From Candidatus Poribacteria bacterium (GTDB taxonomy: Bacteria; Poribacteria; WGA-4E; WGA-3G), in NCBI GenBank assembly GCA_965215265.1, contig OZ244048.1:1824001-1888000 (forward strand): 64,000 nucleotides of DNA, in the 5' to 3' direction. The translations under genes and the position numbers were made by a program. The notes beneath the pieces were generated by a model that did no database searches, was not told the origin of the DNA, and worked only from the letters and a program-made list of their open reading frames with translations. Of the stretch, positions 9,345-19,566 are shown piece by piece (the first letter of the stretch is position 1; each line of letters opens with the position of its first letter).

Positions 9345-10880
9345 ATGCAAAGGCTTTTTGGCATTGAAACTGAATACGGCATTACCGTCGAAAATGAGAA
9401 GCACATCGATGCCGTCAATCAATCGATTGAACTGATTAAAAGTTACCGGCGAGAGTGGGAATCTGTTCCGGCTCGTGATGCTGTCAAACCCATCTGGGAC
9501 TATGGGGGCGAAGACCCATTTCGCGACGAACGCGGGTTTCGGGCGGAAACGTTGTCTAACCATCCAGATGAAAAGATGGAAGAAGCACGCGATCGTCAGA
9601 AAAACCTCTCTTTCGTTGAGATTAAGAGCGACCGGATTTTGGTGAATGGGGCACGACTTTATAATGACCACGCGCATCCTGAATATTCGACACCAGAATG
9701 CACGCGCCTGTTTGACTTAGTCGCGCATGATAAAGCCGGTGAGCAGATTCTACAGCGGTGTGCAACAGCACGCAGTGAGAACCTTGGAAAACGCGTGCTC
9801 TTATACAAAAATAATACCGATTTCCATGGGCATAGTTACGGCTGCCATGACAATTACCTCATGGCACGAGAAGTACCTTTCGAATACCTTAAACAGAGCA
9901 TTCTGCCATTCTTTGTAACCCGTCAGATCTTCGCAGGGGCTGGCAAACTGGGCGTTGAAACTGAAGCAGGACTCGCAACACCCGGCCTATATCAGCTGTC
10001 ACAACGTTCCGATTTCTTTCACGTTGAAGCGAGCGTAGATACGATGCACAAACGTCCAATCGTCAATACGCGGGACGAACCGCACGCAGATGCCACGAAA
10101 TACCGGCGGTTACATGGCATTGTTGGAGACGCGAATATGTCAGAGTATGCAACGGCACTGAAAGTTGGTACCACAGCGCTCGTCATCTCTCTGATAGAAC
10201 AGCAGCGCATCCCGGAAAGACTTGGGCTCGCGAATCCGATTGATACTCTTAAAACGGTGTCCCATGACCAGACGTACCGGTGGAACGTTATGACTGTGGA
10301 CGGAAAAACGATGTCTGCCGTTGAGCATCAACGTGAATACCTGGCCCTGGCACAAAAATATTCAACAGACATGGACTCGGATACACTTGAGTCAGACTGG
10401 GTTCTTGCCGAATGGGAAGCAACACTAGATGCACTGGAGAGAGAGCCGATGAGGTTGACCGACCGGCTTGACTGGGTGGCGAAGAAGTGGTTACTAGAAA
10501 CTTTCGCAGCAGAAGAACGACTTGATTGGGAAGATCCGTGGTTGCAAAGCCTTGATTTAGAATATCATAACATTCATCCAGATGAAGGTTTGTTCTATGG
10601 ACTACCTATGCGCCGTGTTGTGACCGAGGAGCAGATTGATAACGCAACCCGCACACCACCCATGGGCACACGTGCCTATTTCCGTGGGACTGCTGTGCAG
10701 CGGTTTTCGGAAGCGATAACGGCTATTCAGTGGGATAGCATGACTTTCACTGTAAACGGCCGCTCAATCCCTGTAAATCTCAATGGGCTTGCTGCACCTG
10801 AAGTTGCAGCCCGCTATAACCAAACACTTGACGAATCACCGAATGTTGAAACGCTAATAAAAAAGTTAGGTCTTTTGTAA
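9345..10880 (+). CDS. dop: Pup/UBact deamidase/depupylase Dop
   Basis: Motifs FGIETEYG, NGARLYNDHAHPEYSTPEC, HKRPIVNTRDEPHAD, DLEYH. Confidence 0.92.
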   Translation: MQRLFGIETEYGITVENEKHIDAVNQSIELIKSYRREWESVPARDAVKPIWDYGGEDPFRDERGFRAETLSNHPDEKMEEARDRQKNLSFVEIKSDRILVNGARLYNDHAHPEYSTPECTRLFDLVAHDKAGEQILQRCATARSENLGKRVLLYKNNTDFHGHSYGCHDNYLMAREVPFEYLKQSILPFFVTRQIFAGAGKLGVETEAGLATPGLYQLSQRSDFFHVEASVDTMHKRPIVNTRDEPHADATKYRRLHGIVGDANMSEYATALKVGTTALVISLIEQQRIPERLGLANPIDTLKTVSHDQTYRWNVMTVDGKTMSAVEHQREYLALAQKYSTDMDSDTLESDWVLAEWEATLDALEREPMRLTDRLDWVAKKWLLETFAAEERLDWEDPWLQSLDLEYHNIHPDEGLFYGLPMRRVVTEEQIDNATRTPPMGTRAYFRGTAVQRFSEAITAIQWDSMTFTVNGRSIPVNLNGLAAPEVAARYNQTLDESPNVETLIKKLGLL

Positions 10881-10922
10881 ATGAGCGTCACCACAAGGTG
10901 GTGCCAATCAAAGGAGAGAGAC

Positions 10923-11120
10923 ATGGCACGCATGATAATCGCTGAACTTGAACGCAAGCAGAGAGATGTCAAACCCATCGGCCCCGATGGTGGCGATGGT
11001 AACGACGACGGTCCAAAACGCCAAGATGTGAAGCGACCGGATACGCAAGAACTCCTGAAACGGATGCGCCGGGTTGACAAAGACCAGTCGCGTCGCTATC
11101 GGCAAAGAACCGGACAGTAA
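10923..11120 (+). CDS. ubact: Ubiquitin-like protein UBact (Pup analogue)
   Basis: 65-aa disordered protein ending YRQRTGQ (R[T/S]G[E/Q] signature). AAGGAG RBS. Lies between dop and prcB. Confidence 0.92.
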   Translation: MARMIIAELERKQRDVKPIGPDGGDGNDDGPKRQDVKRPDTQELLKRMRRVDKDQSRRYRQRTGQ

Positions 11121-11128
11121 GGCATCTG

Positions 11129-11303
11129 TCATCGGTTGGCGGGGTTCTGTTTTCTTGCCATGAGACAAAGAAAACCTATCCTGCCACTCGTCTGAGCCAT
11201 TTTAGGTTTTGATTTTAAAAGACTATACCTAAGGAGCCTCCGACGAGATTTACACACGATTAAACAATACATAAGCGGTGATGGTACGGAGATATACGAA
11301 AAA
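11129..11303. repeat. Hairpin element fused to core and arm-C
   Basis: tggcgggg...cctgccac followed by tcgtctgagcc...cgagattt...atatacgaaaaa. Confidence 0.85.
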
Positions 11304-11305
11304 AC

Positions 11306-12151
11306 ATGAACCACGTTGACTGGCTGGAATTGGGCAGCAGAGAGGAGCGTTCCGTAACGAACCACAACGGAGACTTTCTGAGGCTCCTCAAACACGTCAA
11401 AGCACCCCTGCAGCTCGGGATGCCTACGTCCACGACTCAACATAGCACCGTTGCTGAAGTCGCAGAAGCACATAGCACGACTGTTATCGCGGTGCATTAC
11501 CGGGACGGTGTGATGGTTGCAGGGGACCGGCGCGCAACTGCTGGTACTTCGGTTATCTACGATAGAGCAGATAAAGTGCTGCAGGTTGATAACACTTCTG
11601 TACTCGCTATTTCCGGTTCACCTGCTATCGCGTACGAGATAGCTAGAATTTTGGAGCATTCGTTCCAATACTTTCGTCGGAGCCAACTCCAAGAACTGAG
11701 CCTGGAAGGTAAACTCCGGATGTTATCTCGATTGATACGGGAGAATCTGACGATGGCACTTCAGGGCATCGGAGCGGTTATCCCTATCTTTGCCGTATAC
11801 GATACTACTACGGAAGAGGCGCAGAAGGCGAAGATTTTCTTCTACGACGCACTAGGTGCGCACTTTGAGAATGTAGATTTCGCAACCACCGGTTCCGGCT
11901 CTATCTGGATTCGGGGCGTCCTCCGTTATCTAAACCGATGGGGCGAAACGTCCCTGCAATCCATGGATGAACGTCAGGCAACCTGCACCGTTTTGAGACT
12001 TTTGGACACCGCGAGTGAGTACGATGCCGCCACAAGTGGGTACAACGCCGCCGCACAGATTTTCCCGACTATAAAAACCGTCACAGCTGCCGGGGTTCAA
12101 ACGCTTACCGACGGATTCTTGGCTGCATGCTACGCTGAAGCGGTTTCATAG
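11306..12151 (+). CDS. prcB: 20S proteasome beta subunit
   Basis: Propeptide then HS|TTVIA, AGDRRAT, TGSGS. Confidence 0.93.
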   Translation: MNHVDWLELGSREERSVTNHNGDFLRLLKHVKAPLQLGMPTSTTQHSTVAEVAEAHSTTVIAVHYRDGVMVAGDRRATAGTSVIYDRADKVLQVDNTSVLAISGSPAIAYEIARILEHSFQYFRRSQLQELSLEGKLRMLSRLIRENLTMALQGIGAVIPIFAVYDTTTEEAQKAKIFFYDALGAHFENVDFATTGSGSIWIRGVLRYLNRWGETSLQSMDERQATCTVLRLLDTASEYDAATSGYNAAAQIFPTIKTVTAAGVQTLTDGFLAACYAEAVS

Positions 12152-12154
12152 ATG

Positions 12155-12340
12155 TATTAAATCATAGCATCAAAGGATTTGGGCCCTAATCCAAAGACGA
12201 GATGTATCTATAGATAAATCTCGTCGGAGGTTAACTAGGTAATGTCTTTAAAATCGTAGACATAAACGGCTCAGACGAGATTTTCACAGGTTTTTACATT
12301 ACAGCCGCCTTGTTACGGGCTCCTGTAGACGAAAGAACGA
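12155..12340. repeat. Modular repeat cluster between prcB and prcA
   Basis: Core plus arm ending gggctcctgtagacgaaag. Confidence 0.88.
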
Positions 12341-12344
12341 AAAT

Positions 12345-13139
12345 ATGCGAGATGAACCGTACCGCTGGATTGAAGCGATTCAAGACCGGCGAGATTATAT
12401 TGAAGATCAGTTAAGGCTTGGCAGTCCTGTTGTTGGGCTCGGCTATAACGACGGCATGGTGCTTGTGACACTCAGCCGCGGACAGCGTAAAATCTTTGAG
12501 GTGCATGACAGAATAGCTCTCTCCGCTATTGGGCACCCAGCGGATATTGAACAGCTCCGGATGCTGGTAACGGATACGGCGAGTGTGCAAGGTTTTCAAA
12601 ACGCAACCGCTGATGTGAATCTCCATCGCTTAACCCACTTTGTCTTAGCACACACCTTTAAACAAGCATTTGAATCGATTGTTGGTGAGGCATATATTAT
12701 CAAGATGTTGCTGGCAGAACTCGGTAGCACCGCCTCAGAGAATCGGTGGACGCTCATTAACTACGACGGCAACGTTCAAACAGATGTCACTGCTTCAGTT
12801 ATGGGCGGCACTGATGCAATTGAAGCACGGATGAAAACGTATCTCATGGAAACTGCAAATTTAGAGACGTTGTCCTCACCGCATCAGGATAGGCCGTTAG
12901 CAGCCGCTTTGCAAGTTTGCCTCAAGACCTGGGCTGTCGGAAGGGACTTAAGTCTTCGGGAAGGAGATACCGAAATAGATGCAGACACGGTTTCCGATGC
13001 GCAGCTGCGTGATGTAATTAACGAGGCACTTGACACAGGCGAGATTGAGGCAGGGGTTTTGGAAAAAACGCAATCCGGCCCGAGCAAATTTCGACGGCTG
13101 GGCACCAATGAAATTGAGCCGGCATTAGACGAATGGTAG
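12345..13139 (+). CDS. prcA: 20S proteasome alpha subunit
   Basis: DRRDY..GSPVV..KIFEVHDRIALSAIG, KFRRL; operon context. Confidence 0.9.
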   Translation: MRDEPYRWIEAIQDRRDYIEDQLRLGSPVVGLGYNDGMVLVTLSRGQRKIFEVHDRIALSAIGHPADIEQLRMLVTDTASVQGFQNATADVNLHRLTHFVLAHTFKQAFESIVGEAYIIKMLLAELGSTASENRWTLINYDGNVQTDVTASVMGGTDAIEARMKTYLMETANLETLSSPHQDRPLAAALQVCLKTWAVGRDLSLREGDTEIDADTVSDAQLRDVINEALDTGEIEAGVLEKTQSGPSKFRRLGTNEIEPALDEW

Positions 13140-13145
13140 CCGAAA

Positions 13146-14594
13146 ATGAAGCACCGCATTTTTGGAATTGAAACAGAATTTGGCTGCATGTCACAGAACG
13201 AGCAGCGGCGCGGTTCCGCGGAAGGCATCGCTGCACGCGTCCGTGACTACGTCTTCAACTACCTGGAACTCGGGATACGCGATATCCACTATCGCGATTG
13301 GGGTGAACCACCAGGCAACGGGGGGTTCTTGTTTAACGGCGGGCGCCTCTACATTGATATGGGGCACCTTGAGTATGCAACAGCAGAGTGCTGCTCACTG
13401 TTTGAACTCGTCGCACACGATAAAGCGATCGAACGCGTCATTTGCCAGATATTAGATGAGACCGGATTGCCCACCGCCTTTTTCAAAAATAATATAGATC
13501 ATTTCACAGGTGCCACTTTCGGATGCCATGAAAACTTTCAGATTCGCAGGCACGTGCCTTTTTGGCGAATCGTTATTCCGACACTCCTTCCGTTTTTTGT
13601 GACAAGACAGATTTATGCCGGCGCAGGGCGCGTCGGGGCATACAATGAAATGAGCGAATTCCCTGATTTTCAGGAGAAGCAGGAGACGCTCCCAGACTAC
13701 CAAATCTCGCAGCGTGCAGACCATATTGTCACCGAGATATACGAATGGATCCAGTTTAGCCGCGCCATTATTAACACGCGAGATGAACCCCTGAGCGACT
13801 ACACCAAATACCGGCGGCTCCATCTCCTAGTCGGGGATTCCAATATGTCAGAATTCGCTACCGCCCTTAAAGTCGGTAGCACCGCGTTGCTACTCTCTGC
13901 AGTAGAGCGATTTTACGATGGACACGGTGAACAACTGCCGCTTCCCGGCTTTGCCCTAGCCGATCCGGTGGCTGCCATTCAAAGAATCTCGCGAGATCAA
14001 ACTTTTGTCTGGCCCGTTGAATTGAAGTCTGGGAAAACGGTCACCGCTGTGGATATCCAGCGCGCTTATCTCCACTTCACTCGGCTTTACACAACTGAAG
14101 AAGACCAAGAGAGTGAGTGGGTGTTTACGGAATGGGAAACTGTTCTCAACGACCTCGAAGCGGATTGGCAGCGCGTTACTACCCGCGTCGACTGGGCAGC
14201 AAAAAAAATGTTGCTGGAGGCTTTTGCTGCCGAAGAAGGGCTCCCCTGGAATGACCCCTGGATGAAAAGCCAAGATCTGGAGTACCACAATATTCATCCA
14301 GACAGCGGACTTTACTATGCCCTGGAAGCACAAGGACACATGACGCGCGTTGTAACTGATGCACAGATTGAAGATGCAATTTATAACGCACCTCAACAGA
14401 CGCGCGCAAAAATTCGAGCATTCCTCATGCATAACCTTTCCGAAAGCCGGATGCCTTGTATCGTAGATTGGCATCACGTTTACGCCGGACAGACCGAGTG
14501 CTTTGAGTTAAACGAACCGTTTGAGACAGACCTGGTGGAAGCACGGAGATGGCTTCGAAGACTCCGAACTAAACGTAATAAAGACTATACCTAA
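13146..14594 (+). CDS. pafA: Pup/UBact--protein ligase PafA
   Basis: Motifs IFGIETEFG, FLFNGGRLYID.GH.EYATAEC, SRAIINTRDEP, RRLHLLVGDSNMSE. Confidence 0.92.
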   Translation: MKHRIFGIETEFGCMSQNEQRRGSAEGIAARVRDYVFNYLELGIRDIHYRDWGEPPGNGGFLFNGGRLYIDMGHLEYATAECCSLFELVAHDKAIERVICQILDETGLPTAFFKNNIDHFTGATFGCHENFQIRRHVPFWRIVIPTLLPFFVTRQIYAGAGRVGAYNEMSEFPDFQEKQETLPDYQISQRADHIVTEIYEWIQFSRAIINTRDEPLSDYTKYRRLHLLVGDSNMSEFATALKVGSTALLLSAVERFYDGHGEQLPLPGFALADPVAAIQRISRDQTFVWPVELKSGKTVTAVDIQRAYLHFTRLYTTEEDQESEWVFTEWETVLNDLEADWQRVTTRVDWAAKKMLLEAFAAEEGLPWNDPWMKSQDLEYHNIHPDSGLYYALEAQGHMTRVVTDAQIEDAIYNAPQQTRAKIRAFLMHNLSESRMPCIVDWHHVYAGQTECFELNEPFETDLVEARRWLRRLRTKRNKDYT

Positions 14595-14667
14595 GCAGGC
14601 TCCGCCGAGATTTACACGGTAACTAACAAAAACATAAATCTTTATAGTACGGAGATATACAAAAACC
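14580..14667. repeat. Half core plus arm overlapping the pafA 3' end
   Basis: aaagactatacctaagcaggctccgccgagattt...gagatatacaaaaa. Confidence 0.88.
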
Positions 14668-14761
14668 TGAAAACAATTTATACCACGTCTAGGCAGGAAC
14701 TCATCAAAGCACAGCCGCACATAACAAAAAGTGTATTCGAATATTTGGAGAAGACAGCACG

Positions 14762-15688
14762 ATGAATATCACTACCCAACGTCTCCTTAAAGACAACTTG
14801 CTGGAGATTAAGCAAATTACAGAGGAAACGCTTGGAGAAGGCACAATCATTGAAGGCGACACGCTCAACGTTCTTGGTCAGATCGATGATGATGTCGTCA
14901 AAGTGGGCATTACTTCACCACCCTATAACAAACAAGAAAAACAAAAAGGCTGGCTTGTAAAAAATGTGGTCTATGATGCCCACAAAGATGCTATGCCCGA
15001 ACTCGAGTATCAGCAGAACCAAGTCAATGTGCTGGATGAGATTTACCGTATAACCGCGCCAGGGGGTTCGTTTTTCTACAATCACAAAGTACGATGGGAT
15101 AGAGGTAACATGTACCATCCTATCGACTGGTTGCGTAAAACAAAGTGGACGGTAAAGCAGGAAATCATTTGGGACAGGGTTATCGCGGCAAATATACGAG
15201 GCTGGCGGTTTTGGCAAGTAGAGGAGCGCATTTATTGGTTATATAAGCCTATAGGCAATCACTTAATTGGCAAGGAATTGAAATCTTGCGATGCGAAGTT
15301 AACATCTATATGGCGCGGTGTGCCTGAAAATGGCAAAAAGAATCCGCATCCTGCACCGTTTCCGCTCTGGTTGCCAGCCCGCGTGATTATATCAATCCTG
15401 GGTCCAGAGACACAAGGTATTGTACTAGATCCCTACATTGGCAGCGGCACGACTGCTGTTGCCGCAAAACTTTTAGGGCATAAATATATAGGCATTGACA
15501 GAAGCGAGGCATATATAAAAATGACGCTCGACAGATTGGATAATGCTCCCAGTGAAATGACTAAAATCCGAGAGGAGCTCGCCTTGCATACTGTGCAGAC
15601 AACCTTTAAAAAACGGAAAGCAGAAGGGAAGAATGTAGGTAAATATCGAGGCGATAGGTTGTCAAGCCAATCCTCTATTAATGAATGA
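14762..15688 (+). CDS. Site-specific DNA methyltransferase, N4/N6 beta class (orphan)
   Basis: TSPPY before HPAPFP and DPYIGSGTT. No adjacent endonuclease ORF. Confidence 0.92.
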   Translation: MNITTQRLLKDNLLEIKQITEETLGEGTIIEGDTLNVLGQIDDDVVKVGITSPPYNKQEKQKGWLVKNVVYDAHKDAMPELEYQQNQVNVLDEIYRITAPGGSFFYNHKVRWDRGNMYHPIDWLRKTKWTVKQEIIWDRVIAANIRGWRFWQVEERIYWLYKPIGNHLIGKELKSCDAKLTSIWRGVPENGKKNPHPAPFPLWLPARVIISILGPETQGIVLDPYIGSGTTAVAAKLLGHKYIGIDRSEAYIKMTLDRLDNAPSEMTKIREELALHTVQTTFKKRKAEGKNVGKYRGDRLSSQSSINE

Positions 15689-15689
15689 T

Positions 15690-16115
15690 AGCATCAGAAC
15701 CCTCCGAGCTATAGATGGCAGGTATAAGGTTATCCCAATGGGTGGCGAGTGGCGGGGTTCGGTTTTCTTATCTCTCCTTTCAGAAGAGACAAAGAATTCC
15801 TTACCCTGCCATACCTAACCTGGCACGAGATTTACACGGTAATTAACATAACATAGAGCATTATAGGGCTGAAATATACAAAAACATAAAACTCGTCTGA
15901 GCCGACTTAGGTATTGTCTTTAAAGTCAAAACCTAAGGAATCTCCGACGAGATTTACACAGTCATTGACAATACATAGTTATCGGGCTGAAATATACAAA
16001 AATGATTCCGTGCTCGCGTCGCTCGACTGCATCATTTTTTTAGAATGCCTTAAGTATTTTATGGAAGTATATCTTGGTACCATCAACGTTTATGTTTTGT
16101 TTTCTTGTATATCTC
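15690..16115. repeat. Modular repeat cluster with nested hairpin elements
   Basis: 15826-16002 is a near-identical inverted copy of 3539-3719. Confidence 0.9.
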
Positions 16116-16200
16116 CGTTGCTGCAGTTTATAAAAAGCTGCAAAATAGCTTAGCAACTTTAGTTTTTTTGAAACTACGCTCGATAAAAAAAGGAGATTGA

Positions 16201-19200
16201 ATGTCAGGATATTACAGCGCGCCAACCATTTGTGGTGAGACGATTGTTTTTGTGTGTGAAGATGATTTATGGACAGTTCCTGTGAGTGGTGGCATTGCCC
16301 GGCGGCTGACCTCCAATCTCGCCGCGGCGAATTCTCCGTGTTTATCGCCAGATGGTGAATCCCTAGCATTTGCCGGACGCGAAGAGGGGCCGGCGGAAGT
16401 TTACGTCATGCCGGCACTGGGTGGCGAGACGAAACGGCTCACCTATCAGGGCAGCAGCGTAACTATCGCCGGCTGGTCAGCCGATGCGCGCCAAATCCAG
16501 TATGCAAGTCGCGCCGGTGTGGCGTTTGATGCTTGGATATGGCAGGTTCCAGCACTCGGGGGTGAACCGGAACGTCTCGCTTACGGGCCCGCGAACCACA
16601 TTGCTTTCAGCCCAAGGAAAGGAACCCTCCTTGGCCGTTTAACCCGTGATCCAGCACGTTGGAAACGTTACCGTGGCGGTACCGCCGGACAACTTTGGAT
16701 TGATACCGAAGACACGCGCGAGTTTCAACGTCTTCTGCCGGCTGATGGGAATTTCACAAGCCCGATGTGGATAGGTGAGCGCATCTATTTCATTTCTGAC
16801 CACGAAGGAGTTGGAAATATTTACTCCTGCCTCCCAACCGGCGAAGTCCTCCAACGCCACACCCATCACGAGGAATACTACTGCCGTGCGGCACGGACGG
16901 ATGAAAACGCATCGTCTATCACGCCGGGGCGGAGCTGTTCGTTTACGATGCTGAGGAAGCTGTCAGCACCCACGTCAACGTTGAATTCCGGAGCCCCCGT
17001 ATACAGCGACAACGGAAATTCGTTAATACCGGACGGTATCTGCAAGAGTATGCACCAACACCTGACGGCCACGCTCTTGCCCTGACGGTACGAGGCAAAC
17101 CGTTTACCATGGCGAATTGGGAAGGGGCCGTCCTCCAGCACGGTATCCGCGATGGAGTCCGCTATCGTTTTACGCAGTGGCTTAACGATGGGAAACGTAT
17201 CGTCACCCTCTCCGATGCAGGTGGCGAAGAAGCACTAGAAATCCATACCTGCAACGGTGGCGATGAAAGCACTGAACAGGTACGCCTCGAAAATCTGGAT
17301 ATTGGACATGTGAGAGCACTTTCCGTTTCCCCGAAGAAAGATCGTGTTTGTGTCGTTAACCACCGGCTTGAGTTGCTGCTGGTTGATTTGGAGACAGCAT
17401 CACTTCACGTGCTCGATAAAAGCATTTATGGGCGCATCAGTGGGGCTTCCTGGTCACCTGATGGCAATTGCATCGCCTATAGTTGCCCTACCACCGAGAC
17501 AACTCGCTCCATTAAACTCTGCCAGGTGGAAACCGGTGAGAACTGGCTTATCACACCTCCAGAATTTACTGATGTTGCCCCAGCGTGGGACCCGGATGGA
17601 AAGTATCTCTATTTTCTCTCGTTTCGGGAATTCAATCCGGTCTACGATCAGCTTCACTTTGACCTCGGCTTTCCACAAGCGATGCGCCCGATGCTTATCA
17701 CCTTACAGAAAGAAGGAATGAATCCGTTCATTCCACAACCACATCCCCTTGAAGAAGAGAACGAAAATAGCGAAAAGGATGCTAACGAGAAGGAAGATAG
17801 CCAAGAAGAAGAAAAGAAGGCAGCCGAAGAGAAAATAGTTGCCATTGATATTGACGGCATTGAACACCGGATTATCGCTTTTCCGTATCCTCAAGGGAAT
17901 TATCGCCAGATTGCGGGTATTGAACGGAAAGCAATTTTCACCTCATATCCGATGCAACCGACCCTGCGCACACCCGGTGCTGACGACAGTGGCGGGCCTA
18001 AAGGCATCCTCCACGTCTACGATTTCAAAGAACAGAAAAAGGATACCCTCGTTACAGGTATCAGTGACTTTGAACTCTCACGCGATAATAAGACCCTCGT
18101 GTATTCTACAGGCAATAGGTTGCGCGTGCTCAAAGCCGGCAAGAAGGCAGAAGATGACGCAAAATCTGATAACAGAGGTAGTACCAACCGGCAGAGCGGC
18201 TGGATTGACCTTAACCGTGTCAAAGCGTCTGTCGTCCCGTCAGCAGAATGGACACAGATGTATCGAGAAGCATGGCGACTCCAGCGCGATTACTTCTGGA
18301 CCGAGGATATGTCCGGTGTCGATTGGGAACAGGTCTACCTACGTTATCTGTCCTTACTAGAACGCGTTGCCACCCGTGCTGAATTTTCTGACCTGATGTG
18401 GGAGATGCAAGGTGAACTCGGTACATCACACGCCTACGAATTCGGAGGCGATTATCGCAGATCACCGAATTACGCACAGGGGTTCCTCGGCGCGGATTTC
18501 ACCTACGATGCCGAACACAACGGATACCGTGTTACGCATATCCCGCACGGCGATGCATGGGACTCTACTAAGGAATCGCCGCTCAATGCCCCGGGGATTA
18601 ATATCAACGAAGGGGATATCCTACTCTCAATTGGTGGAGAACGTCTCAGTCGCGATATCTCGCCCGGTCAACTCTTGGTCAATCTCGCCGGGCAAGAAGT
18701 TCAAGCCACATTCCAGAAGGCAGAAGCCGGCGAAAAACGGACGCTAGCGCTTAAAGTACTTCGGAGCGAAAACGAATTACGGTATAGAGAATGGGTCAGC
18801 CAAAATCGGCGGTACGTCCACGAAAAAACAGACGGCAAGGTCGGGTATGTACACATTCCTGACATGGGCGGACGCGGGTATGCAGAATTCCATCGCGGCT
18901 TCCTCGCAGAAGTCAGCCATCCTGCCCTCATCGTTGATGTACGTTATAATGGCGGCGGACATGTTTCCCAACTCATCTTAGAGAAGCTTTCACGTCGCCG
19001 GATCGGCTATGATTTGCCGCGCTGGGGGACACCGCACCCATATCCGGATGCGTCCGTACTGGGTCCGATGGTCGCCGTTACAAACGAGAATGCAGGTTCA
19101 GACGGCGATATTTTCTCACACTGCTTTAAATTGATGAAGCTCGGGACTCTGATAGGCAAGCGCACGTGGGGCGGTGTCATCGGGATTTCGCCGCATCAAG

Positions 19201-19463
19201 GATTTGTCGACGGTGGCGGCACCACACAGCCTGAATACTCGTTCTGGTTCGTGGATGTCGGATGGCGCGTGGAAAACTACGGCACCGATCCAGACATTGA
19301 AGTAGACTACCGTCCGCAAGATTATGCTACGGACAGCGATCCGCAGCTGGACCGGGCGATTTCGGAGCTCCTGCAGCAGATGGAAGAAAAACCACCACAA
19401 CTGCCCGATTTTGGGGAACGTCCGCGTTTGACGCTGCCGACGCTGCCCAAGGAGTCATCGTGA
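16201..19463 (+). pseudogene. Tricorn protease (S41, beta-propellers + PDZ), split by a 1-nt frameshift near 16904 (pseudogene or sequencing error)
   Basis: The N-half (WKRYRGG) continues in the frame of the 17109 ORF as KRIVYHAGAELF. The C-half has GELGTSH, AGSDGD, RTWGG. Confidence 0.85.
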
Positions 19464-19566
19464 TTGGGAGCTCATTCCCATAGTGGCACAACACACGAGC
19501 TATCATTACATAGACGTTGATGGTACGAAGATATACGAAAATCATGGAGACAGTAGGAACTTCCCT

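Noticed and set aside
19483-19566. N-terminal extension of AckA in the ORF track
   Set aside because: It translates a repeat arm. The family-typical start is MRILCAN at 19567.
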